DNA of 37,501 bases from Toensbergia leucococca. Lineage: Eukaryota. The notes beneath the pieces were generated by a model, which searched no databases, had not been told where the DNA came from, and worked only from the letters and a program-made list of their open reading frames with translations. The first letter of the stretch is position 1, and each line of letters begins with the position of its first letter. This document shows, in pieces, positions 10,197 through 21,901 of this stretch. The translations under genes were made by a program, and so were the position numbers. The stretch is from assembly GCA_022813965.1 (NCBI GenBank), contig JALDZS010000213.1, positions 1-37,501 on the forward strand, given 5' to 3'.

Positions 10197-11734
10197 CTAG
10201 TCATGCCTGGGGGTGACATCCTCCTCAAAACTAGTTCTTCGTCCCCAATTCTTAGGTTGACGCTTGAGAAACGCTCCGACAGCACCAAGGTAGCCCTCGT
10301 GACGCAGGAAGTAAGGCTTTTTCTCACCATTGGACCAGAATTTGATAGCGTATGACAACGCATTCATGGTCTGATGGTGACCGCGGATGAACGAGCCGCC
10401 GAAATAGATGTGCTTAAGCTGGTGCTTCTCCGACTGTAGATACGCAATTTGCCCAATATTATTACTATGATGATTTCAGCTTGATCTCTGAGCCCAAAAT
10501 TATCTGTGCGCTTAGACTTGACAAACCTCACAGCATATAATAGACTCCGACTTATATCCTCGGGTCCGAAACCTCGTCCTTCCTGCTTAGTGTCATTATT
10601 TTGCTCACGATCCTTGTTTGATAGGCCTCCCCCGTCTTCGGCGTCTTCCTCTGCAAGCATCTTCATGTGGAAGACCTTACCGAAGCTACTTGCGATGGTG
10701 TTGCTCTTCAATCCGATCTTTCCGTAGTCTGTGCCATATATGTCACCAACCAGCATGTCGACAGCGCTATTGTCTCCCTTTTCGGCCATTGCAAGCATGT
10801 CGTCAAAGGTTCTCGCCCCTGTCAAAAGCGACAAGAGACCCCAAAACGTCCCACCGCCAAGGGAGGTGCCGCCAACCCTGTCATACTGTTTAGGACCTGA
10901 TACTTTGACCATTGAGACACCAGAGCCGATATTGACCAGGAGATAGGGGTAGATATCTGCACGAGGTTCGGCAAAGTGCATTGGGTCTGTCTCACTGTAG
11001 ATTAATACTTCGCGAGGGATCTCTGTAATGAAGAAGTCGAGGCCTGCGCTTGGAAAATAGGCCGAATTTAGTTTTTGTCATTATGATCCAGTAGTCCGAG
11101 CAGCAGAATTACCAACCTATGATTAAGCATTCCATCTCATCCTCACGGATGACTTCGATTCCAAGGACCTTCTTCATCTCATCGTAGTACTTGTAGGCAC
11201 CCCCACCAGTCGCCATGACACATAGCTGTCCAGATTTTGGTCCATTCAGATCCTGCTGCTTCGTCTTCAGCTGCTTGATTACGCCCAAGCACTCATCGAT
11301 TCTCTCCGTCTCGAATTTAAGAAAATTGAGCCGCCCGCCCAGCTCTATCGAATCCGCTTCTTGCGAAAAGTAGACCAGCTTTGCGAGGGAGCCACCTATC
11401 TATAAACCCTCAATAGTAAGCCATAGGCAGCGTGTCCCAAGACGTAGCTTCAGGAGCTGAATGGACTTGCATCAAGGGCAACATGGCTGACTACGGCTGT
11501 ATGGTTGGGCAGGCGAATATCTCTTGTGTCGTGTTGAGCTCCATTTTTGTCTGGAGCCTCAGAGTTGGCGATAGGTTCGTCAACAATGAAAGCACCCTGT
11601 ACGTTGATTCTCACTGCACCTGGCTGGGTGATTGTATGGTAGAGGGTAGAGTTGTCTCTTAGGAGAGTCGTGGGGCGTTTTGGGGAGTTTGAAACTGCGG
11701 TCGCGGCATCTTTTGCCTCTGGTCCTTCCGACAT
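10197..11734 (-). CDS. CAB1: Type II pantothenate kinase (fumble family); exons 11734-11471, 11399-11117, 11043-10527, 10464-10197
   Basis: Motifs [90 protein letters not shown] and [14 protein letters not shown]. Confidence 0.95.
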
Positions 11735-12665
11735 CTTGATTCTTACTCCGTACTCTGCCCAAATTTGACACAAAACCCAGATCTCGGTTTGGGTCTCTTG
11801 ATGATATGAGTCGCTTGTATCGTTCTGTCACATGGAAATATGGCTGACAGAAGGCGTATGACTAGACAGGCGACCACTTGTTTTCTAACGGCTTCATACA
11901 TCAGAGCAATCTGCCTATCCTTTTTGTTTGCGATAGCCTACCTGACTAATATTCATGACTGCACTTCGAGGTCTCCCTCGTAAGGTGCCATGCCAGGCTC
12001 GAATTGTCACCACCAAAGAACCTAATTAAGACCCATAACGCACACGCCGATAATTACTCAAACGTCCTTGTCTCCAATCTCCGTGCTTGGTTCACATCTT
12101 TTCCAGACTCCATTTTGAGTTCACTGGCTCCTGCCTATACTTCATGATATAGGAACAGCGGGGACCATAACAAGACTGCAAGATATAGAGAGGTGATCAG
12201 ATACATAATAGGAGCTTACCTCTGCACAAGAGATTCAAGTTATTTGTACCCGGGGCAAGGGAAGGACGTCAGTTACGATGAACAGAGCAAAAAAGACAGA
12301 CGGCGTACATATATAAGAGGTTCAAGAGGGCATACAGCTTGAGCGAGCCCGCTCACAAAATGATTGTTGGAGCGAAAAAGGTAATTAGGGAGTATTGCAG
12401 TTCAGGCAGCCTTCATCTTGTCGGTCAGAGAGGCGCTCATCATATTTGAGCGGATGCCTTTAGTCAAGAGAGGCTTGACTCTTTTTTTCTTATTTCCTTT
12501 CATTCTCTGTTCTATCTCTTCTCTATCGTGTCCTTGTTATTTGCGTACTTTATACCGTGCTGTCTATTTCCTTTCTCCAAGTCCTCAGGATCAAATGCCC
12601 TACAAAATCTACAACCAAAGCAGCTAATCATCAGTTCCGCCTCAGATCACAGTCACTCTCTCTGC

Positions 12666-13875
12666 CTATGGATAATGCATCAGCAGCGCATTTCTCAGCC
12701 CCATCAAATGCACAATTTGACCAAACACAACGAGCAGATGAAAAATCTGGTGACTGGAACCCTATAATCTCGGACCATACGTATCAGCTCACAGTCTCTT
12801 TAATTGGAGAACAACACCTTCACACAAAGCACTCACCCAAATATCAAACATGCCTCCTGGGCAGTACTTCTCCGGGACGTGACCTACATAAATGGTAGTG
12901 CCCACGAGGTACGAGAGGCATGTAATCGTAATATTAATAAGTGGAAACCTTCGCAGGCCCTCGGCGCCCTCGACAATAGCCACATGAATGATGGGCGCGA
13001 ATCCGCTTCCACCCAACGCTATAAACACGGAAGCTCTAGCATAATCGTCAGCACTGGCAATTTCTTAGTTCCAGCTCCAAGCAAAGTCGCTATACCTCCA
13101 CGCCGCCGCATTTGAGCCATCCATATTTGGATCCAGCACTGCGACAAATACTGCAATGGCGCACAAGACGGTGAGCGAGATGTAGAGCGTCGGCAGCTGC
13201 GTGTTGCCATACAAGCCGAAGTACATGGCGGAAATCGAGGTTGTGGAGATGGATAACGTGATACCAAGATAGTCAAATTTCAGGTACCGGCGGACCACGT
13301 CTTCTGAGTGCGCGCTGGTACAATGAAAAAAAGCCTGCGATATCGTCAGCGGGGACCGCACTCAGTATTCAAGAGAGGTCCAGACGCAAGGGACGCACGG
13401 AAAGCAACAGACATCCCGCCGTGCCAGCGATATAAGTCTGAATCGCCAAATTATCCGCCTTGGAAGTCTTCGCGCCGCCGGCATGAAACACCGAATAATC
13501 AGCCACCGCTAGCAGCGCCAGGAAAAAGAAACCCGGCAGCATGTGCGACCAGGTGTTCACAAACTCATTGTGCGGGTAAAGCAGTGAGTGAAAGCACTCG
13601 CGGAAGCTATCGAGCTGGCGTCGGTAGCCGTGCCGAATGTACGGGTCGCTTTGCATCCATGGTGGGAGTTCGTCGAAGTGGGCGATGTGGTAGATGAATT
13701 TGGTGGTGGAGTGGCCGGCGTGGGTGGCTTTGGTGGTTATTGTGTCTGTTGAGGGGATGCTGGGGAAGTTGGGTAAGGGTTGGGGCTTGGGGGTTTCGGG
13801 GGCTTTTTTACTGGATTTCCCTACTGTGATGGTGGGAGGATGGCTGCGGGATGCCATTGATCTTGTAATAGTCAT
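12666..13875 (-). CDS. PAQR/HlyIII-family (Izh/adiponectin-receptor-like) membrane protein; exons 13875-13399, 13334-13096, 13035-12837, 12761-12666
   Basis: PAQR motifs ELPPWMQSDPYIRHGYR, HNEFVNTWSH, S|AFFHC..H, KFDYLGI, PEKYCPG.FDIW|GSSHQIFH. Multiple hydrophobic segments and canonical introns. Confidence 0.93.
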
Positions 13876-14111
13876 GGTGCTGAAAGTGGTCTCGATGATG
13901 GCGTTGAGGTGCTTTGGGCTCTACCTGCTTCACATGCAATTGTCGAAGAAGGATGACGCACAGTTCGAGGTAAGACGCCAGTTCTAGTTTTACTTATATG
14001 TAAAATTTCATTGGGAGTTCAACAATACTACCTTACGATTACTTTCTCCCGTTTATCTAAGCGGGGCGGCTATTTTCAGTTCCGAACGAGTTGCAAGTCT
14101 CATCAATCAAA

Positions 14112-15521
14112 TCATATTGATAACATATACATGGGTCTACAAGAACATGTAAGATGCTCCTGTGGCTGAGACTCCTTCACCCGATGCCTGCCATCCTGGC
14201 CATTTTCAATGGCCACCCCCACAACATCTAAAGGACCCTCGGCGCACCGGACATCCAGAAACCAAATAGTCCGGGCCAGCGTGTCGCTGAGTTCTGTGTA
14301 AGCCATGGTCCTGCCTGCCCGCGACCGAGTGCCCAGCTAAGGGACTGAAGGCGAATCGGGCCCGTTCAAGGACTGAAAGCGGTTTGTCCGCAGAGGGGAT
14401 CCACCGCTCGGGTTTCAACGTATAAGTCTGGAAACAAGTCTTCGTTCCCGTGCAGGGCGAATGGGGACACGCCGACAATGTACCCAGTGGAGATGTACTC
14501 ATCGTCCAGGACGACGCCGCCGGGGCAGACTTTGCGCCATAAGGTGCCGCTGGTCGGAGGCGACATTCTCATTGTCTCGTCGATGCATGCTCGATAGTAC
14601 TGGCATTGCGAAAGCTCGGGTCCGGATCGGATCTCCGAAGCCGAGAAAAAGGTGTCTCGGATCTCGGATGCCAGCTTTGTGTAGCAGCCAGGATACGCGG
14701 AGAGATAGAAGAATGCAGCCGTCACGGCGGTTGAAGTCGGCTCGGCTCCTTGAATGTCAGTCTTATCAATGAACGATTCTGGCTAGATGGCTTTGCCTGT
14801 GATGAGGAGAAATCTACTTTCAATCCAAAGTTCACTCTCAGAGAAACGGTGGCCGGTTTGAGGGTCTTCCGCATCCACGCTATTTGGGAAAAGATCATGT
14901 TGAGACTTCTTATCCGCCAGCAGCCTCGGTCTCACCAAGTCAGACATCAGATCTAGATGCTTTGCCCGCATCCAATTTCCTTTACCGTTCAGCGGCTTTT
15001 CAAGTTGCAGCTGTTTTAGCGCTGGATATTGCACGTATGCACCCGCCTGACGACTTGTAGCCGTGACAGCCTCGACGAGCAAGTCGTTGTCTGGCTTCGT
15101 CTGCAATCTGAACGATTGGCTGAAGCCAAATTCGCCCATAGTGTCATATCCAAGATATTTGCAGCAATCTGTCATGCTGGCAGGAGGTTACCATCCATCG
15201 TTATTCGATGACTTCACAAGTAACCGCGCGAAGAGATCGATGTGGCTAATAACTGTGGGTTTGAAAGCTCGTACATGGAGGAGAGATCCTAGAGACTTGA
15301 CATAATCCCCTCAAAGGATTGAGGTAAAGTCATATGGATTCGAAAGCTCAGGACTAAGATTTCATTCTCAGAGTCCCCTGAATAATATGCTAGGTAGAAG
15401 CGACCGAAGGAGGGTATCTTACGCCTACAGTCATGGCAGCAGTACAACATAATAGTACAATTGTCAGATTTGTCTGAAGGGTTTCGATACCTAGCTTATT
15501 GAGGCCCAGGGAAGATGACAT
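14112..15521 (-). pseudogene. Cytochrome P450 pseudogene
   Basis: Retains ExxR (DETMRMSPP), PERW and an I-helix remnant (GAEPTSTA). It has an in-frame TAA at 15190-15188 (GW*PP), frameshifts near 14430 and 14340, and a heme motif reading LGTRSRAG (Cys position is CGG at 14321-14319). Much of the N-terminal region is missing or scrambled between about 15390 and 15290. Confidence 0.9.
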
Positions 15522-15924
15522 GGCTAGCTCTTGTCCGGCTGTATTAGTCTGATTCAAGATGGGACTGTAGGTGAGTTGACGGGTGAGAGGTAGCAGTGCA
15601 TAAGTAGGCGGGCACGCATGAACACGGCAGGACTGGGCAGTCTTGGCATAAAAGCAAATGTGTGCATGCGCGTGGCTAATGCCAAGCCCAAATCGTGCAC
15701 TGAGACTGCAGATCATAAATTCCCTTATTGACTTAGTGATGTTGTATCCAGAGGTAAAGCTCAGTGTTCAGAGCTATTGTGAGACTGATTCAACTCTGAA
15801 AGAAATCAAAGCTATCTCCCCTCGCTCCCTAAATCTAGAGGTTCTAGAATTTTGCGAGTGAAACAAGCGCGGGACGGCAGATGCGTCGCATGGCGCTAGA
15901 ATAGAATAAATAGCAGGGCAGCGC

Positions 15925-16016
15925 TACCTAACCTTACCTACCCTACCTAGGTAAATATTTAAATACCGAGGTACCTAGGTGCCCACACCTTATCTCTACT
16001 ACCACAGTCTTACCTA
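15925..16016. repeat. Degenerate (TACC)n/TACCTA low-complexity tract
   Basis: tacctaaccttacctaccctacctaggta...ggtacctaggt...ttaccta. A similar aggtaggtagg tract occurs at 34561. Confidence 0.6.
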
Positions 16017-17805
16017 AATTTGAATAACCTCCTCTTGCGATTTGGTTTTGGTGTGTACCAAGTGTAAGGCTCAGAACTGATATCTCATCCTTGGGGGCGC
16101 TTGGAACGCGGGCATCCCGTCATGTCTGGCCCACACTGTCAGCGCTATCTGGCCCGTTCCATTGAGCAGGAAGGAAGGATCACGTTTCCTGGGCTCATGG
16201 TGTAAACCGCTAACAAGCCCATGCGCTTTATCAATATCCGACAATTTTTACTCCTAGCCGCACTCAACTACCAAACGAGCATAGCAACTCTCCTTTGCCT
16301 TATTTAATACCACGATTCTACCGTCAGGTAGGGCACGGCCCAATGAAGCCACCATCATAGCCACGCCTAATCCTCATTGATGAGGAAGTATGTAGGCATT
16401 GATCGAAGTTCATCGACTTGAAGACGTTCAACGTTCCTTTCATCTAATCTCAACCGTTCTAGATTTCATCCTGAATCTAACAGCTAAACTTTGGACTGTC
16501 AAACGGAAGTTGTATTTCACTTTGAATCTCAAGGTTGATGATCAAGTTGTGAAAGGATATTTCTCGGTTTTTTTCTCTGAAATTTTATATTTGCTCCTGG
16601 TCACACACCGGTGCTCTACTCAAGAAGTCCAGGTTTGATAATAGCCGCTCGCAAAATATTATTCCACACTGGATTGAGGGAGATTGAAAGGTTTCCAAAA
16701 TGGTACTGCTATTCATGCTCTCTGCTAATGGAAACAACTTTCATTCTTTGGCCGGCGTTCTCATTTTAGATTGAAAAGAGTCTTGGAAGGTTCTTGAAAA
16801 CCTCCCAACCTTTCTTAGCATAAAGACTTCATGAAGCATCTCTCGTGATCGGCCCTCGTCACACTCGATTCATAGCTTTGAAGAGTTCGTTGAGTCTGAA
16901 ACTAATTCAAGCTTCTATGAGCGAAGCTGCACATCTCTTCAGGAAACGGCTACTTTAGCCTGCAATAAAACTTCGTTAGTATGCATTTACTCAACGCTCG
17001 GATAGCTTTGCGACAGAACTCACCACAGCACAGGATGGCATCTAATACCCATACTCCCCGGATATTATGCAATATGGAGGCTGTAGGCCAGAGGCCTTGT
17101 CTTGGCGCAATAGAGGGTCTGGCAACAAAGTATTGCCCCCATATCAATGTCGTAAGCGCAGACCCACTCAGGGAAACTGGGCGATTTTGCAGTATCTTTA
17201 TGTTTGATTTCTTTACTTCTTTCGCGTGCAGAGTTCAATCCTCAAAATCAATCATCTGAAGCCTTTTTATTGTTGTTCCTTCATCTTGCTGATCTCGAGA
17301 CCGTTTTCTACTCTGCCATATTGAAAGTGATAGGGGGCCGGCAGTGGCGAGACTATGCAGCCCATATGAAACTGAGTAAGTTCAATGGCAAGATGATAAT
17401 ACATGGGTACCAAATCGGATGTGTTCTGAAATTGTGAGTCTGTGAAGCCACAGGAATCAAAATGTCATTGAATACAGGCGGGCATGTACTTATCTTCCAT
17501 TTTACGCTTTCGCAAGACCGAATCAAATATCACTAAACACGTAAATGAAAGAGAAGAATGCTGAGAAAGCTGTTTGATATCAGACGGCATCACACAATTG
17601 ATGGAGAACGCCGGATTTTTGGTTGATCCTAACTGGTTCAATGTTTCACAGTTCCTGATCAACAGAAAGATATTGTTAGCAGACTGTTAACTCTCAGACC
17701 TATTAGCACTATCTCATACAAGTACGCCGAACAAATTTCATCAATCACCTCTGAGCAACGCTGACAACTTCCAGACAATTCCAAGACAGCTCTGACGCAA
17801 CCGTC

Positions 17806-18722
17806 ATGAATGGAGCACCTCTTGTGGCCCGGGCCCGGATCAAACACAATGTTTTCAGCCAATCACAAATCATAAACGCAAATCTTGACCTTCTTCATCT
17901 TGACCTTCTTCGGTATTCCCAGTTCAGTATTCCCACTGCAGACTCTATGAACAAAGACTCAAAGGAACTCGGGTATATGAAACACCGTTGCATCATGAGA
18001 CAACGCAAATACTTTGCTATATCACTGCTCAAGAACAGCGCTAGATATCGAACAGCGAATAACAAGGACAAAAAGGAAATGGAACAGCAATTCAGGATTA
18101 CTTATGACACGGAATGGTCAGTACCCTACCTGCAGCGTATTTGTATGTAACCATCGAAATGTATATATTAACACCGTGTAGTTCACTTCGTGGACTGGAT
18201 GCGCCATCACTGAGATCAAAGTTCGGCCTGAAGCCAGTACCTTTTTCTGTTCTCAACGAAAGCAGTCGACTACAAGCTTCAAACACGGCAAACATTTCGT
18301 CTGCAGCCACTTCATCCGCATCAACAAGCCCGTTCGCGATGCAACAAGTAGTCCCACAACAAGTCTTAGACAACTCCACCCTCTCACTAGAAAAACAGGC
18401 CAAAACAAACCTCAACTTCCACCTTCCAATATCCACCACCGATCTCAGCGAGACCACACTCCAGTACTGCCTGTTAGATTGCCCCACGACTGAAGATCTC
18501 TTCGCTCAAGCTCTCCAAGCTCACAGTGTCAACAACCCTGACCTGCCTATCCCCAGTCACATCAAAGTGAAAATATTCGGGCAACGCGACGTGTACATAC
18601 TACCTTGGGGCAGCGCAGGCTCGATGGAGTTCATTTTGGAAAAGGTGGCGCTGGCGAGTTGCTGGTCGTTGGAGGAGCCGGAGTGTTTGGTTCTGGTGAA
18701 GTGTGTTGATTCTTTTGGATGA
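17806..18722 (+). CDS. Hypothetical protein C (basic helical N-terminus, S/T/A-rich linker, C-terminal beta-grasp-like module); 5' end uncertain
   Basis: Intron 18117-18181 (GTCAGT..ATTAAC..TAG) joins ORF 17806-18150 to ORF 18114-18722 in frame (YDTEC|SLRGLD). The start may be ATG 17806 or 17947. An upstream intron 17722-17774 (GTACGC..GCTGAC..CAG) suggests further 5' exons. Confidence 0.7.
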
Positions 18723-20631
18723 GGAGATGAATGGTGAGGTAGGGGAGACATGAGTTTGAAGTGAGGTGGGGCAAGTTGAAGGCTTTGGCTGTTCATGACG
18801 ATGGCTGGGGTTTTTGAAACGTGATGGCGGAAACGTGACCTGAGGATCTCAAGGAAGCTTCAAGGAAGACACGTACTGAATGCTAGTCAGACTTGTGCAC
18901 TAAAAGGTTCAAAGGATATTTCTGACCGTTCAAAAAGCCGTTTAGAGGAGACATGTACTTTGAGCACCCCCCTCTAACACGCATCTGTATCTTTTCCCTT
19001 GATCTCAACAGACCAATGACGGCAACATCCGAGCTACCTACCCCTTCACACAAATTTCCACTCCGCCATTACAATCCCACAAACAGGAATTGAAACCACC
19101 CCCCCCCCCGGTTGAACTTGTTTCAACCAGGCAATCACTCCTTTCTCCTCACCTATCCATTCCTTCCCTTACCACCTCCACACGACTTTCTCCTCTAATT
19201 GACAAAGACAGCTTCTAATCCCGCGTTTTTTTAACCACGGTCACTGAATCATTGAATCTCAACTGATTTTTTCAATCCACCATTCCGCCAAAAACGCATC
19301 ACGGATGCATAAAAAAATCTGGAGCATGGAAATCTGGATGTAAAATCAAAGACATGGAAAGCCCATCCCCCATTCTGCCCTTCCCTGCAGCTTCAATCTT
19401 TTCAAAAACCATTACTTTTTTTTATCAATCTCTAATTCCCTAGCTTTCAAACACGCACCTCCATCTACAATAAAAAGTACTCAAGCCTCAGGCATGCTCT
19501 CCTTGGCGCTGATTCATTGCTTGAAATGGTAGCTTAAGTACCTCAAAGCTCACGATCGCTTTTGGTTAGCCATCTCCAACGTGTGGAGTAAATCATTCCG
19601 CAATGAAATAGTACAGAATGGGGGTTGGGAAGGGGGTTCAATAGCCGTCCATGATTTTTCTTTTTTTTATTGAAGAGGGATGGAGAGATTTCGTACCTCC
19701 ATGTGACAGTCCTTCTGAAAGATTCATATTGGCTGTCCCCGTCAAAGCGGAACTAAACTCACACAGCAAACCCCACCATCAATTCACGCGTCCACAATCC
19801 CTCCAACACCCTTCACACAACCGCCCGCGTACTCGGTATCAAATCAACCTACGCTCCAGATCCCAAAATCGCTTAGGCTCCCTCAAAAGACGGCAGGCAA
19901 TGATTTTTATAGCTGCGGTTGGTTTTCTCCTTTTTTCTGCATCTCTTGAAGAGGTGAGAGGAGGCTTGGAAGGAAGATGATGGCGTAGACGGTTACCGGG
20001 AAGGAGAAGAGGGGGTTGGGGGGAGATGGAGTCTACGGTTCCATTCCAAAGTTTTCGTGAGAGCTTCGGGCTTGTGCTGTCTTATCTCTTTCCTAGTCTA
20101 AAGTTCTAAATTAGATCTCAGTCATCAATATTAGGTCAAAACCACTTCCACCATCTGCCGGAAAGGCGATGGAAATAGCCTGCTTGTTGGGAATGTGGTA
20201 GATGTTTTCAAGTGAAAGAGAGGCTGAGTTACATGGAAAAGTCGTCTGGCATGGCCACCTTGTCGAAGTATCTGCGATATGAAATTACTGGTGGACCTCT
20301 TATCCCGGTCTCGCGTGGACCGCACGCAACAGATCCAGTCCGAACCTTCCCCTTTTTGCCTCCGTGAGTATTAGGTGAGTGAGATGAGACATGAATTCCA
20401 ACAGAAAAGTCAATGTAGAGGCCCCCCGAATGTCGAGTTCAAGGAGGAGAGAGAGGAAGAAAAGGGATGCAACCAAGAGGGTGAGGTCTTTTCTGTTTTT
20501 TTTGTGGTTTCTGCATGTAGCCTATGCAGGCTATGGCAACTAAGACAGATACATATGTGCAAGAAAACCTCCCTGTCTGGTGATATACTTGCGAGTCTAT
20601 TAGGGCTGAGGGGGGGGTAATATCAAAAAGC

Positions 20632-20733
20632 CTGTCTCATGATTTCACACACTCAGGTGATTAATTGAGCACAAGGAAATCCTCTATTGCTGCTGGCTCC
20701 AGAAATCCTTGACAGTGTGTGAATTCATCACAG
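20632..20733. repeat. Imperfect inverted repeat / ~100-nt stem-loop
   Basis: ATGATTTCACACACT (20639-20653) versus AGTGTGTGAATTCAT (20714-20728) is 14/15 complementary. It can be extended outward (CTGT/ACAG) and inward with bulges. Confidence 0.65.
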
Positions 20734-21488
20734 AACCACCATGAATATAATTAGTTGTAGATACTCGGGATGAAGAAGGTCACCCTACTCATGAGCCTTT
20801 TTACTGCTTAGTCTATCGTTGTTGTTGGGCGGCGATGCTGCATTTTGAAGGCTGGTGATGTGTAGGTGTTCAATAGACTTTCGGAGTCGGATGTGTAGAT
20901 CTATCTTTGTGTAGACAGACCTGATAATGAGATGGAGGCTGGCTATTGATGCTGAGCAATGGGCTTCCGATGTCGTGTTTGTAGAACTATCCACGCGGGG
21001 ATAGCGCTGGTCGTTGGGTTGGAGGCTTTCTTGATTACTGCAAGCAGCAGCGAGAGGTTCGTAGCGGGTACTGCGCACAGGGTGGATCTTATAGTCGGCC
21101 TGGAGAGTGAGGCATTCATCACTGACTATTCGTTCATTGGAGCTACATCGCTTCATGAAAATGAGGTCCCTATTGTGAATTACTTTGACTCGCCAAAAAG
21201 GTGACTCAAAGACGAGAAAGAGTCCAGTGAATAGGTCTGCTCAATCACACTCCCCAGTCACCATGGCGGATGGAAGATGTTAGTATACGTCTTCAATAGG
21301 TCGTCATCCCCAATTGCCATGGGTGTGAATGTTCTCTATGGGCTCAGGAAATGTATATAAAGCCGGATTAGACAAAGAGTTCTTGATCTACATCAAGTAA
21401 CACAAATATTATCCAAGAACAATTGACAGATATCAAATTCAAAAACATCCTTTGAGACAGAGAATACGAACCGATTACAAACCAAAAC

Positions 21489-21901
21489 ATGAGATCATCA
21501 TTGTTTAAGAGACTCCCACGTGGCCACGACGAGCCCATACCCTCAAGAAAACCTACAGAGGTAAGGTACGCTTCCATGTTCTTCTTCAAAGGGTTATTTT
21601 TCTCTTACTCCAGCAGTTTTCATATCTATACAAGGCGGGTGACCTCGTTCTTGTAGAGGGGGGACGCCAACACAAAGGGCCATACGTTGTGGAGAAGGCG
21701 CTGGGTGACAGTAGATATGAATTGAGAGATGAGGGACGGGTATCACCAAAGATATATGACGAGACGGAGTTGAAGGTTGCTCCCCCGAAACAAGAAGTCC
21801 GAGGTTTGAAGCCGGCGCAGGAGACGCGAGGGGACGAAGAGAAGAAAAGTGAATTGAGGCGGGGGGCTTCAGAAGAAACACTTGTTGCTTCAGACAATTG
21901 A
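21489..21901 (+). CDS. Small two-exon protein (~119 aa) with SH3/KOW/Tudor-like 'GPY' beta-barrel; exons 21489-21560, 21614-21901
   Basis: Start context CAAAACATG, donor GAG|GTAAGG at 21561 and acceptor CTCCAG|CAG at 21613. The spliced product contains YKAGDLVLVEGGRQHKGPYVVEKALGDSRYELRDEGRVSPKIYDETELK. Confidence 0.7.

Noticed and set aside
12340..12357. TGAGCG-agcc-CGCTCA hairpin and nearby splice-like signals
   Set aside because: A 6-bp stem is expected by chance and no coherent gene model could be built.
17882..17911. 15-bp tandem duplication ATCTTGACCTTCTTC x2
   Set aside because: Real but trivial in-frame slippage duplication; it is unclear whether it is even coding.
20785..21204. Overlapping 123-aa (-) and 81-aa (+) ORFs
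   Set aside because: No motif I recognise and no splice support; a decayed gene cannot be excluded without BLASTX.
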